Assembly (NCBI GenBank): GCA_965248435.1
Contig: OZ252100.1
Span: 2,752,001-2,816,000 of the forward strand
DNA from: Candidatus Latescibacterota bacterium
GTDB taxonomy: Bacteria; Latescibacterota; UBA2968; GCA-2709665
Reading direction: 5' to 3'
DNA length: 64,000 bases
Under the pieces are notes generated by a model that saw nothing but the letters and a program-made list of their open reading frames with translations, ran no database searches and had not been told where the DNA came from. Below, piece by piece: positions 19,001-28,162 of this stretch. Position 1 is the first letter of the stretch. Each line of letters starts with the position of its first letter. The position numbers were made by a program, and so were the translations under genes.

Positions 19001-22000
19001 AGATAGGCCACCGCCCTGACACGCTGATTGTTCCTGAACTGACCTTCTGTGACCGTAAAGCTCTCACGGGGCTGTGCGTCGAAATCGAACAGGTCCGGGA
19101 TTGTGGACTTATGAATCGCACTGTCGAGTGCTGATGCGGTGTTCACATCCACGCTCGTGTCCAGGAGGACCACCACCGCCTGGCTCGCATTCGAAGGAAG
19201 GAGCTTTGTGTGATCAAGATCCAGGCCAAGCGTGACGACATCTCCGATCTTGATCGCACGCAGACCACCCACCGTCCCGAGTCCAGTCGTATCCAACACC
19301 ACGCTGTCCACGAGGCCTGTATTCACAGGACGCTGCCCGTCCACACCGACCCTCACGCCGTCTCCCACCAGGCCCAGCCTCGGGTCGATCTGCACCATCG
19401 GCGCATCCATCAGGTTGTGGAGCAGCTTGAGCGCGACCGCATCGCCATCTTCGCTCAGCTTCGCCTGCGCGATCACCCCCGAGTCCGTCGTCTCAGCGTC
19501 GCCAGGCGACACAGCGAACTTTACCGTGAACGTATCCACGGATGCACCGTCCCCCGTCGGCGATAGCAGGGTATCCACCAGTCCGATGTCGCCGAACGAG
19601 CCAAGTACCTCGTCACTGCTCAGCCCTACGATCAGGGTGTCCAGCTCGGGGATCGAAATGACGTCCACCTGAACGGTGTCTCCGATGATGGCAACCGTCC
19701 CGCTGTCTGAAGATGCCGCCAGAGCAATCTTGGCCAGGGACGGTTCTCCCTCCAGGAGTATCGACAGCCGGATGCGGACACCCTGAGGGTCCACCTGAAG
19801 CGTGTTGACCACAAAGTTGTCAGTGGTCGTGAACCTGTAAGTCGCTCCGCTGCTGATCGACTTCACGCGCCAGAAGAAGGTACCGTCACCCAGATCGGGT
19901 GTAAGCTGACTGGCGGTTATCCCGGTGACCGTGGTCGAACCACTGAATCCTGAATTGTCCGCATACTCCAGTGTATAGCTTGCCGTACCCGTGACATCTG
20001 CCCAGTCCAGGGTGGGCGACGCATCAAATATAGACGCCCCGTTGAATCGAGCCAGGGCGGCCGCGCTGGTCAGATTGTGAAGTACCGACACTGTGGTCGA
20101 AATGTTCGGAATCGTCAGATCGGGTATGCCATCCCCGTCCAGATCCGCGACCGCGACGTCACGTGCAGTCGCCGCGAGAGAGACATTGACTTCGCCGGCA
20201 AGGGAGATGGATCCGCTCGTACTCGTGTTCCGAAATATCGAAACCGAACCCCCATCGTTCGAAACCACGACGTCGGGCTTGCCGTCGCCATCTACATCGC
20301 CGATCGCTACACCGATCGGAGTGGTTCCGGTTGAGGAATCTATCTTTGCAGCCAGAGAGATCGAGCCGGAGACGCTCGTGTTTCGAAAGATGGACACTGT
20401 GTTGTCAGTCTGGTTGGTGATTGCAATGTCCAATTTGCCGTCGCCATCCAGATCCCCTACCGCCAGACCATTAGGATCCGCTCCAGTGACGAAGTCGACT
20501 GTGGCAGCGAAGGAGGAGGGCGCGTCGATGAGGCCCGGAGTGGCTGTATTTCGAAGTACGGATACCCGATCCAACGCTCCGGAATCCGAGACGATGAGGT
20601 CGGGTTTTCCATCCCCATCTATATCCCCGATGGCCAGTAGTTTTGGTGTCGTGCCAGTGCCGAAGTCTTCCTTTGGCGAAAACGAATCGCTGGTGATCGC
20701 CCCGGGAACAGCGGTGTTTCGAAATACTGATACCTTGTCAGTAGTGGAACTTGTGGCGGCCAAATCCAGTTTTCCATCCCCGTCCAAATCCCCTATCGCC
20801 ACATCTATCAGACTGCCAGCCCCCGTAAACGGCACCTCAGCGGCGAAGCTGATCGTGCCGGATGTGCTCGTGTTCCGAAACACGCCCACCGTGTTAGAAT
20901 TGTTTGCCGTGGCGATGTCCGGTTTACCGTCGCCGTCCAAATCCCCGATGGCCACACCGATGGGATCGGCTCCTGTGGTAAACGGGACTTGTGTCGCAAA
21001 GGATGAGCCTGTGATACTCCCCGGAGTACTGGTATTTCGAAATATGGACACCGAGTTTGTCGTATTATTCGTAACCGCCAGTTCTGGTTTGCCATCCCCA
21101 TCCAGGTCGCCTACTGCTACGTGGAAAGACGTGGTTTCTGTAGTAAAAGTCTCTTTTGGCGCCAGGCTTGAAGTGTCGAAAGTCGGAGAGTCGCCTGAGA
21201 AGGTCGGGATGAAAAACTGGGTCGAGATCGCTGTCCGGTTTCCCGCAGTCACGCTTATTGGACCGTATCCTGAGCCGGACGGCACGGTCACCGTCAGCGA
21301 AGTCGTGGATGCCGAGGTGACCGTCGCCTTGATCGGATCGAAGAAGACCGTGTTGTTCGCCGCGGTCGCGTCGAAACTCGTCCCCGTGATCGTCACAGCC
21401 GTTCCCACCTTGCCCGAGGTGGGCGTGATGGAGGTGATGGTGGGTGGGTCGGCGATGTTGTGGAGGATGGAAATTGAAGTGACTCCGCTATTCGCAGCGA
21501 CTATTTCCGGTTTCCCATCTCCAGTCAGGTCACCAACCGCCACGCCTACTGGGTTGCTAGCAACGGTAAAATCAACATTCGTGGCAAACGATATGGACCC
21601 TGATGAACCTGTGTTCCTCAGTACTGACACCGAAAGGCTGCTGTTGTTGGAGACAACCAGGTCCAGTTTGGCATCCCCATTAATGTCGCCGGCAGCGATT
21701 CGACTCGGTGAGGTGCCGGTGGAGAAAGTAAGATCGGATGCAAACGAGGATCCATTAATGGTTCCTGATACGGCAGTATTTCTGAGCACAGAGACATTAT
21801 TATCGGTTGCGTTGACTGTTGCGACATCGATCTTTCCGTCACCGTTGTAGTCCCCGAGTACGGGGCACGCTGGTCCTGCTCCGGTTGAAAACTCATCGTG
21901 GGTCTCGAACGATGAAGCGTCGATGACACCCGCCGAGGCCACGTTGCGAAGCACGGAGATCGTGTTTGAGCCCTGGTTTGCTACAACGATTTCGGGTTTT

Positions 22001-24189
22001 TTATCGCCATCGATGTCCGCAACAGCGACCCACCGGGGGTTTGTTCCGACGGTGAAATTGACCCCGCTCTCGAAGGAGTTCGAATCGATCTTGCCCTCAA
22101 TGGAGGTATTCCGGAATACCTGAACGGAGGTGTTGGAGTTATTTCCCAGGACTATATCGAGCCTCGCATCTCCGTCGAAGTCGGCTATCGCGATCCCACG
22201 TGGTTGTCCTGAAGCCGTGAAATCGACGCTCCCGGCCAGAGTCGATCCGTCGATTACGCCGCTCGTTGATGTATTATGCAACACTGAGAAATCCGTTGAA
22301 CCCTGATTCACAACGATAACTTCGCACTTCCCATCGCCATCCAGGTCGGCGATGGCCACCCCATACGGCGTGGTTCCTGTAGTGAAATCATCCTTGGCTT
22401 CAAAGGATGTAGCGTTTAGCCCCCCCGACAGCCCTGCGTTTCGGAAAAGGGACACTTTAACAGCGCCCTGGTCGGTCACCGCGAGATCAGGGAATCCATC
22501 CCCATCGATGTCTCCGATCGCGACCTGCAAGGGCGTTGTATTCGTGGTGAAATTGATTTTGTCGCCGAAGGTACCGGCTGTGATGGTCTGAGAAATGCCT
22601 GAGTATGTTGGCAGGAAGAACTCATCCGACTCCGCGATCCCCGCGTTGACCTTCACGGTAATGGGTCCAAACGTTGCGCCTGTGGGAACGGTCACCGTCA
22701 GCGAGGTCGTGGAAGCCGAGGTCACCGTCGCCTTCGTCGCGCCGAAGAACACGGTGTTGTCAGCCGTGTCAGCGTCGAACTCTTCGCCGGTGATCGTCAC
22801 CGACGTCCCCACATTGCCTGAGGTAGGACTGATAGAGGTGATCTTTGGTCGGAGGCGAAGAAACAGAACATAGGCAGCTCCGCGGCTGAAGCCGCCGGTG
22901 TCATCTCTGAACGCCCCCACGGCCAGATCTTCGACCCCGTCGTTGTCCAGATCCCCCACACCGGCTACAGAGATGCCGAATTGGTCACTATTCGTGAGGG
23001 TGACGTTGAAGCCGCCGGTGTTGTCGGCGATCTTCTGGTTACTTTTGACGGTGCCGTTGCTGTTCATAAACAGCACATACACAGCACCTCGATCCGTGCC
23101 GCCGGTGTCATCTGCGTACGTCCCCACGGCCAGGTCTTCGACCCCATCGCCGTCCAGATCCCCCACACCCGCTACCGATACGCCGAATTGGTCGGAATCT
23201 GTCAGCGTAACGCTGAAGCCGCCCGTGTTGTCGGCGATCTTCTGGCTGCTTTTGACCGTACCGTTGCTGTTCATAAACAATACATACACCGCACCTCGAG
23301 CCGGGCCGCCCGTGTCGTCTAAGAACGCCCCCACGGCCAGATCTTCGACTCCGTCGTTGTCCAGATCCCCCACACCCTTTACAGAGGTGCCGAATCGGTC
23401 ACTATTCGTGAGGGTGACGTTGAAGCCGCCAGTGTTGTCGGCGATTTTCTGGTTACTTTTGACGGTGCCGTTGCTGTTCATAAACAGCACATACACAGCA
23501 CCTCGATCCGTGCCGCCGGTGTCATCTCTGAACGCCCCCACGGCCAGATCTTCGACCCCGTCGCCGTCCAGATCCCCCACACCCGCTACCGATACGCCGA
23601 ATTGGTCGGAATCTGTCAGCGTAACGCTGAAGCCGCCCGTGTTGTCGGCGATCTTCTGGCTGCTTTTGACCGTACCGTTGCTGTTCATAAACAGCACATA
23701 CACAGCACCTCGATCCGTGCCGCCCGTGTCGTCTAAGAACGCCCCCACGGCCAGATCTTCGACCCCGTCGTTGTCCAGATCCCCCACACCGGCTACAGAG
23801 ATGCCGAATTGGTCACTATTCGTGAGGGTGACGTTGAAGCCGCCAGTGTTGTCGGCGATTTTCTGGTTACTTTTGACGGTGCCGTTGCTGTTCATAAACA
23901 GCACATACACAGCACCTCGATCCGTGCCGCCCGTGTCGTCTAAGAACGCCCCCACGGCCAGGTCTTCGACCCCGTCGCCGTCCAGATCCCCCACACTTGC
24001 TACTGATCTGGCGAATTGGTCACTATTCGTGAGGGAGACACTGAAGCCACCGGTGTTGTCGGCAATCTTCTGAGAGCTCTTCGCCGAGCCGGTCTGGGCG
24101 CGGGTAGAAAAAGCGCACAACAGAAGTAGGAATCCTCCGAGGAGGATTCCTGATCCCAGGTTACTGGCATATCGACCGAAGCACGTCAC
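16090..24189 (-). CDS. Giant secreted/surface protein: integrin-type FG-GAP repeats, two IPT/TIG + FG-GAP/VCBS modules, FN3-like domains, C-terminal EF-hand/dockerin-like motif
   Basis: Signal-peptide-like N-terminus, many GDLDGDG..DL repeats, 'PxITSIxPTSGxVGT' IPT starts, and C-terminal DFNDFVIF...ADIDRDGTVGFFDF. 2699 aa. Confidence 0.88.
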   Translation of the reverse strand: MTCFGRYASNLGSGILLGGFLLLLCAFSTRAQTGSAKSSQKIADNTGGFSVSLTNSDQFARSVASVGDLDGDGVEDLAVGAFLDDTGGTDRGAVYVLFMNSNGTVKSNQKIADNTGGFNVTLTNSDQFGISVAGVGDLDNDGVEDLAVGAFLDDTGGTDRGAVYVLFMNSNGTVKSSQKIADNTGGFSVTLTDSDQFGVSVAGVGDLDGDGVEDLAVGAFRDDTGGTDRGAVYVLFMNSNGTVKSNQKIADNTGGFNVTLTNSDRFGTSVKGVGDLDNDGVEDLAVGAFLDDTGGPARGAVYVLFMNSNGTVKSSQKIADNTGGFSVTLTDSDQFGVSVAGVGDLDGDGVEDLAVGTYADDTGGTDRGAVYVLFMNSNGTVKSNQKIADNTGGFNVTLTNSDQFGISVAGVGDLDNDGVEDLAVGAFRDDTGGFSRGAAYVLFLRLRPKITSISPTSGNVGTSVTITGEEFDADTADNTVFFGATKATVTSASTTSLTVTVPTGATFGPITVKVNAGIAESDEFFLPTYSGISQTITAGTFGDKINFTTNTTPLQVAIGDIDGDGFPDLAVTDQGAVKVSLFRNAGLSGGLNATSFEAKDDFTTGTTPYGVAIADLDGDGKCEVIVVNQGSTDFSVLHNTSTSGVIDGSTLAGSVDFTASGQPRGIAIADFDGDARLDIVLGNNSNTSVQVFRNTSIEGKIDSNSFESGVNFTVGTNPRWVAVADIDGDKKPEIVVANQGSNTISVLRNVASAGVIDASSFETHDEFSTGAGPACPVLGDYNGDGKIDVATVNATDNNVSVLRNTAVSGTINGSSFASDLTFSTGTSPSRIAAGDINGDAKLDLVVSNNSSLSVSVLRNTGSSGSISFATNVDFTVASNPVGVAVGDLTGDGKPEIVAANSGVTSISILHNIADPPTITSITPTSGKVGTAVTITGTSFDATAANNTVFFDPIKATVTSASTTSLTVTVPSGSGYGPISVTAGNRTAISTQFFIPTFSGDSPTFDTSSLAPKETFTTETTSFHVAVGDLDGDGKPELAVTNNTTNSVSIFRNTSTPGSITGSSFATQVPFTTGADPIGVAIGDLDGDGKPDIATANNSNTVGVFRNTSTSGTISFAAEVPFTGAGSLIDVAIGDLDGDGKLDLAATSSTTDKVSVFRNTAVPGAITSDSFSPKEDFGTGTTPKLLAIGDIDGDGKPDLIVSDSGALDRVSVLRNTATPGLIDAPSSFAATVDFVTGADPNGLAVGDLDGDGKLDIAITNQTDNTVSIFRNTSVSGSISLAAKIDSSTGTTPIGVAIGDVDGDGKPDVVVSNDGGSVSIFRNTSTSGSISLAGEVNVSLAATARDVAVADLDGDGIPDLTIPNISTTVSVLHNLTSAAALARFNGASIFDASPTLDWADVTGTASYTLEYADNSGFSGSTTVTGITASQLTPDLGDGTFFWRVKSISSGATYRFTTTDNFVVNTLQVDPQGVRIRLSILLEGEPSLAKIALAASSDSGTVAIIGDTVQVDVISIPELDTLIVGLSSDEVLGSFGDIGLVDTLLSPTGDGASVDTFTVKFAVSPGDAETTDSGVIAQAKLSEDGDAVALKLLHNLMDAPMVQIDPRLGLVGDGVRVGVDGQRPVNTGLVDSVVLDTTGLGTVGGLRAIKIGDVVTLGLDLDHTKLLPSNASQAVVVLLDTSVDVNTASALDSAIHKSTIPDLFDFDAQPRESFTVTEGQFRNNQRVRAVAYLVDDVGNLGASLAGSANPEGIVSDVVFAADAVFPVITAENPNPDSGLVRFTGQDTAVLDIVNDDGVFRDDTTFSLNPLKLAVDEATSALFATSGTDTVDFGGQVSGTFSFATKTATDSLGANTEQGGKTLDVTIVAEDSVGNRTTLTLENVIQDAVKPEPERLFPKSGELPGGDERTINEETRHPILALTEDVDSLSVRFIQVDASPPQVITESLTGVTSGEGDVEVTVGDSLMDGQEYVFQVFLRDLAGNIFITEKDTLAFSRSFENPAADAFVVTLDSASIGVDSVIAGVGLPLKITAVDTKTVGELLTVVTYEESGGVLRVDAGEQDTSSVRFSGSGVTDNGDGAGTLNGGGWAIGSRVVSVRSAKRLDEFAVEVEDSSGGEKITGGLSSLTVDAAEFTTYSLKVFEDGVETAGVSGVFEIDLTPSDAYGNPSTKVFDRAVDLHSSDSLTASTNLLESRVPGGNVMESIWAEFAANIGDVKIPSGPQEIKPGENRFTAVAPDREGEGLVITARSVNAPTDTSGITKSQLKAVGSTASLTFVPHGTAPVGPELLAGLDTLIVQDYLGPKGEGDQGRLVLFVFPRSEDHARLSQYRVYREIQVTTDLDDAGELVTLEEPVTRFVPWAVIDPVPQKDGEEGPVYAVVPALDNKESRWAITGEYGRKSSEPRVLAKRVFTKESVRQMAAALGLDSNGLISEAELRKLVDPPEKYVQSIVGERRDHFFARLDIDLSRPRATVRLPGFIRAQTGRIRTTEQTISEPARAVDNLPPAQVPVASMNGTVTNDGTTLNWTPSEDDRVVGFVPYRGFAFPIPGVEGYEIWRGEDANGLEKVATLPAGSRAFTDTVSGPFLYRIDAFDLDNVTEGTAAPLIREYADANGDPVYLLALGDFRQDFNDFVIFALAFDSSLGDPNYNGLADIDRDGTVGFFDFLPFSLAFNRLATTLNGQPIASTKRAAETRVPGIGYWVP
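22865..24080 (-). repeat. Six 207-bp (69-aa) near-identical intragenic tandem repeats
   Basis: The anchor 'tcataaaca' recurs at 23064, 23271, 23478, 23685 and 23892, a period of 207. Confidence 0.95.
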
Positions 24190-24207
24190 GATCTCGCTCT
24201 ACTCCAC

Positions 24208-24244
24208 AAAAAAGGGGCCTATTCCCTGAGAAGAGAAGAGGCCC
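24208..24244 (-). terminator. Terminator-like hairpin inside the 5' leader of the giant gene
   Basis: The minus strand reads GGGCCU-C-UUCUCU-(UCUC)-AGGGAA-U-AGGCCC-CUUUUUU immediately before the GGAG RBS. Confidence 0.6.
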
Positions 24245-24423
24245 GACCTTCCTCTCCAAATAATCCAGGAAGCCAAGACCCGACGCCCTGACCTTCACGA
24301 TTTTCGGAAGGGTAATATAAGAGGGTCTACTTTTGGTCGCTAGTCAAATTATCGCCGTTGGCTGTACATTATTTAAACCGTGCCTCAGCAACTTTGTGAT
24401 ATTCGTCACAATTGGTGATTTAG

Positions 24424-24533
24424 ACCCCTCCCCCAGCCCCTCCCCTAAAGGAGAGGGGAGAGGGACGCCATTTTCAGAACCGAATTGAAGACTATGCCCC
24501 CTTCCCTTTGGGGAAGGGGGGATGGGGTTGGGT
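24424..24533. repeat. CCCCTCCC-type REP-like inverted pair
   Basis: cccctcccctaaaggagagggg and cccccttccctttggggaaggggg hairpins. Related copies lie at about 14020, 27238, 38930 and 42071-42220. Confidence 0.6.
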
Positions 24534-24657
24534 TGAGGTTGATTCCGGACGGTGGATCAGCTATGCTTCCTTCGCTAACCGTTTGGCGCAGTACTGGGTA
24601 GTGGTGATGGGATTCGTGTCCTTTCGTGCTTCTTCGTGCCCTTTCGTGATCCTGCCT

Positions 24658-27210
24658 ATGCACACCCTCCTCGACCTCCTCTCCGAAGTTCGTGAGCTGG
24701 ACGCTCGCGAGGCCATTCGCTCCTTCGACGGCTATCGAACTCAGTCGCACTCCTACAGACAGCTCTATGGCCGCATCGGCGGATGTGTCCGTCTCCTGGA
24801 TGGAATGGGCTTTCAGAAGGGCGATCGTCTCGTGATCTGGGGCGAGAACCGGCCCGAGTGGGTGATCGCATTCTGGGCATGTCTTGCCCGCGGCGGCGTG
24901 GTCGTGCCGCTTGACTTCCACTCCTCACCTCAATTCGTCAATCGCGTCCAACAGGAGGTAAATGCCTCGCTCTTCGTCTGCGGTGACCAGACGGATCCCG
25001 CAGATCTAAACACGCCAAGCATCTCCATGAACGAGATCGCCTCCCTCGGAGAGCAGGACACCTTTGAGATTTGCAATGCAGGGCGGGACGACATCGTCGA
25101 AATCGTCTACACCTCCGGCACGACCGGAGACCCGAAGGGCGTCGTCCACCGTCATCGTCACATCTGCGCGAACCTCGCGGCTCTGGAGTCGGGCATAGAC
25201 CCTTATCGGAAGTTCCTGAATCGGGTTCAGCCATTCCGCATTCTGAATCTGCTCCCCCTGAGCCATATGTTCGGACAGTCGCTCGGAATCACGATTCCCA
25301 TCATGCTCGGAAGCTCCGCCGTCTTTATGCAAGACCTGCACCCTGACGCCATCGTCGAAACGACCCGCCGCGAACGCGTCTCCGTTCTGGTCCTCGTTCC
25401 GCGCGTGCTGCAGGCCCTACAGCGTCACGTGGGAGGCATATTCGATCTATCCAGCCTGGGGTCGACCGAAGGCTCCGGTCTGTTGAGACGCTGCTGGCGA
25501 TTCAGGCGTGTCCACTCCGTCTTCGGCTGGAAGTTCTGGTTCTTCGTCGTCGGCGGCGCTCGCGTCGACACCCGGATGGAGTCCTTCTGGTCCCGACTCG
25601 GCTTCGGTGTTGTCCAGGGCTACGGTCTCACAGAAGCCAGCCCGGTCGTCGCGCTCAATCACCCCTTCCATACGCGCCGAGGGTCCCTCGGAAAGGTCAT
25701 AAAGGGGCAGGAAGTGAAAATCGCCGCGGACGGAGAGATCCTCGTCCGCGGAGAGAGCATCGTATCAGAGCGAATGTCTGGATCAGGAATCGAGCAAACC
25801 GCAAGGGATGGATGGCTGCATACCGGCGACATCGGTGAGACAGACGCGGAAGGACGCCTCTATTACCGGGGACGAAAGAAGGAGATGATCGTCACTTCGG
25901 AAGGCCTGAACGTCTATCCTCAGGACGTAGAAGAGGCACTGGATCGACTCCCCGAGGTTCTGGAAAGCGCCGTCGTCGGGATCAATGACCACGTCCACGC
26001 AGCCCTCATTCTGTCAGACACGAACGCAGACCCTGAAGAACTGGTTCAGAAAGTGAACGCGGATCTGGAGTCCCACCAGCGCATCCGGAGCTGGTCCCTC
26101 TGGCCAGAAGAAAGGCTTCCTCGCACGCCATCCACCTTGAAGATCAGACACCACGAAGTGGCGCAGCGCGTCACAAAGACTGGCAGAGAACCGGATCTTC
26201 AGACACGGACCGATGCGCTGGAAGGCATTCTGATCAGGCTTACCGGGCGCACGGAGGTCCGTGATCAACAAAGACTCGTCGAAGAACTCGGACTCTCTTC
26301 CCTCGACCTGGTCGATCTTCTCTCCGGTCTCGAGGCGATCTACGGCGTGCATCTGGATGAAGAAGCCTTTACAGGTCTCTCCACGGTCGGGGAACTCAGG
26401 GAATGGCTACGAACGGTCGCCGCCAACGAAGTGACGGCTGCCGCGAAGAGGGAACGTCCGAACGAGACCGTGCGAGTCAGTCCACCCGGGGAGTCGGAAC
26501 CTGCTTTATCCTGGACGGCGCCGCGCTGGCCGCGATTCCCGCTGTTTCGATGGATCGGCATCGCAAAACTGGAGGGCCTCGTCTTCCCCTTCCTGAGGCT
26601 CCCTGTCAAACTTTCGGTTAGGGGCCTTCAGCACCTCCACTTCGTCAAGCCGCCCGTCCTCTTCGCGGCCAACCATACGAGCCACCTGGATACGCCCGTG
26701 TTCCTCTCGGCACTCCCCTCGGCCTGGCGAAGACGGATTGCGCCCGCGATGATGCAGGGCTACTTTAAAGCATATTTCCAGCGGACCCGCTTCTCTCTCT
26801 GGCAGCGAACGATCTCGGCAGTTCAGTACTGGGCGGCCTGCGGCCTGTTCAACGCCTTTGCGCTGCCGGCGGAGGCCGTCGGCGTGCGCCGCGTCCTCAA
26901 ATTCATGGGCAGCCTGATGGACCAGGGCTACTGCCCGCTCGTATTTCCAGAAGGCACTCGCGCCGCGGATGGACAGGTTCAGGCATTTCGTTCTGGGATC
27001 GGCCTGATGGCACTGCGACTGCGTGTACCCGTCGTCCCGATCTACATCGGAGGCCTGGACAGAATCCTCCCACCTGGCCACATCTGGCCAATATCGGGAA
27101 GGGCCTGCGTGAAGATTGGTCCGCCGCTGGACCTCTCGTTAGAAAGTGACTACACTTCTGCAGCCAGACGGGTCGAGGCCGCGGTCCGCTCGTTGGGTGA
27201 CGAATCCTGA
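24658..27210 (+). CDS. AMP-binding acyl ligase + ACP + PlsC-type acyltransferase fusion
   Basis: Adenylation motifs YTSGTTGDPKG, QGYGLTE and GWLHTGD; carrier domain LGLSSLDLVDL; acyltransferase motifs NHTSHLD and FPEGTR. Start set at ATG 24658. Confidence 0.9.
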   Translation: MHTLLDLLSEVRELDAREAIRSFDGYRTQSHSYRQLYGRIGGCVRLLDGMGFQKGDRLVIWGENRPEWVIAFWACLARGGVVVPLDFHSSPQFVNRVQQEVNASLFVCGDQTDPADLNTPSISMNEIASLGEQDTFEICNAGRDDIVEIVYTSGTTGDPKGVVHRHRHICANLAALESGIDPYRKFLNRVQPFRILNLLPLSHMFGQSLGITIPIMLGSSAVFMQDLHPDAIVETTRRERVSVLVLVPRVLQALQRHVGGIFDLSSLGSTEGSGLLRRCWRFRRVHSVFGWKFWFFVVGGARVDTRMESFWSRLGFGVVQGYGLTEASPVVALNHPFHTRRGSLGKVIKGQEVKIAADGEILVRGESIVSERMSGSGIEQTARDGWLHTGDIGETDAEGRLYYRGRKKEMIVTSEGLNVYPQDVEEALDRLPEVLESAVVGINDHVHAALILSDTNADPEELVQKVNADLESHQRIRSWSLWPEERLPRTPSTLKIRHHEVAQRVTKTGREPDLQTRTDALEGILIRLTGRTEVRDQQRLVEELGLSSLDLVDLLSGLEAIYGVHLDEEAFTGLSTVGELREWLRTVAANEVTAAAKRERPNETVRVSPPGESEPALSWTAPRWPRFPLFRWIGIAKLEGLVFPFLRLPVKLSVRGLQHLHFVKPPVLFAANHTSHLDTPVFLSALPSAWRRRIAPAMMQGYFKAYFQRTRFSLWQRTISAVQYWAACGLFNAFALPAEAVGVRRVLKFMGSLMDQGYCPLVFPEGTRAADGQVQAFRSGIGLMALRLRVPVVPIYIGGLDRILPPGHIWPISGRACVKIGPPLDLSLESDYTSAARRVEAAVRSLGDES

Positions 27211-27444
27211 GTTGTGAATCGTCGCTGTTTTTGATCAAATCCCCCTTAATCCCCCTTTGTCAAAGGGGGAAGGTCACCTATTGGCATTAATTCATATCTA
27301 TCCGCATTTAGGATTCTACAAGTAGATAGTCCCCCCTTTGTAAAGGCTCTTCGCCGAATGTTGGGGTTAGGCCATCAAGCTCTATTTTGTAGAACTCGCT
27401 AGCTAGCCAGCGTCCCTGTAACTCAGGAGATGCATAGCTTAAAG

Positions 27445-27783
27445 CCATCAGGGCCGCGGTGTGCGACTTACCGTGCAACAAGGGGATTTCACCTCCCGGC
27501 GGGTTGGTTTTCAGTGATCGCGAGCGTGTGGTGAGGATGTGGCCCTCCTGCCATGATTGTTTTTTCCACTGAGGGTAAGGTGCCGCGGCCCGAGCCCCCC
27601 CGGCGTTTGAGGGGCGCCCTTCTTTTGTCCTCGGGCGCGGCACGCCGCGCCCCTACAGCGAAATCTTGGAGTGTAGGGGCACAGCCGCGCTGTGCCCCAG
27701 GGTGGCGGTTGCGGTAGGCCTTTTCTTGTGGCGTGACAAGAAAAGCATGCCCTGAGCCTGCCGAAGGGTAGGCCGCCGGAGGC
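27445..27783. repeat. Composite structured repeat, copy A (MITE/ncRNA-like)
   Basis: Homologous over about 300 bp to 38484-38800 and 39014-39318. Contains a GTAG REP doublet and a terminal CTTTTCTTGT-N6-ACAAGAAAAG hairpin. Confidence 0.9.
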
Positions 27784-27790
27784 TAAAGGC

Positions 27791-28162
27791 AGTCGTTCGT
27801 GGATCGTTGTTGCCCTGGACGGAACAGCTCAGGGAATCGTCAGCAACGCTGACTCGGACCACCTTCAGGAAGCCATCCAGAGGAACGGACTCGAATTCCC
27901 CGTCGTGGTATCCTCAGAATCGGCCCGGAGCTACAAACCGAATCCTGAAATCTTCCTCGAGGCCCTCGCGCAGTTCGAGTGCGAACCGAGTGAGGCCATC
28001 TACGTCGGCGATTCCCAGGAAGACGACATCGTCGGAGCGAAGGGAGTGGGAATGCAGGTCGCCTGGCTGAACCGAACCGGCGAAACACTGAAGCCCGGAA
28101 TACCAAGGCCCGATTATGAAATCCACTCATTGAGCGATCTGCTCGATATTATTCACGAGTGA
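27791..28162 (+). pseudogene. 5'-truncated HAD-family hydrolase
   Basis: The frame reads GIVSNAD (motif II), YKPNPEIF (III) and YVGDSQEDD (IV). Motif I (DxD) and a start codon are missing, with the repeat in their place. Confidence 0.8.

Noticed and set aside
20093-24073. Long + strand ORFs (585 aa, 391 aa)
   Set aside because: They are antisense shadows of the repetitive FG-GAP gene, Ser/Pro/Thr-rich with no independent motifs.
22865-24080. Diversity-generating retroelement TR/VR
   Set aside because: There is no reverse transcriptase in the window, the differences are not adenine-specific, and the repeats are in-frame tandem domains.
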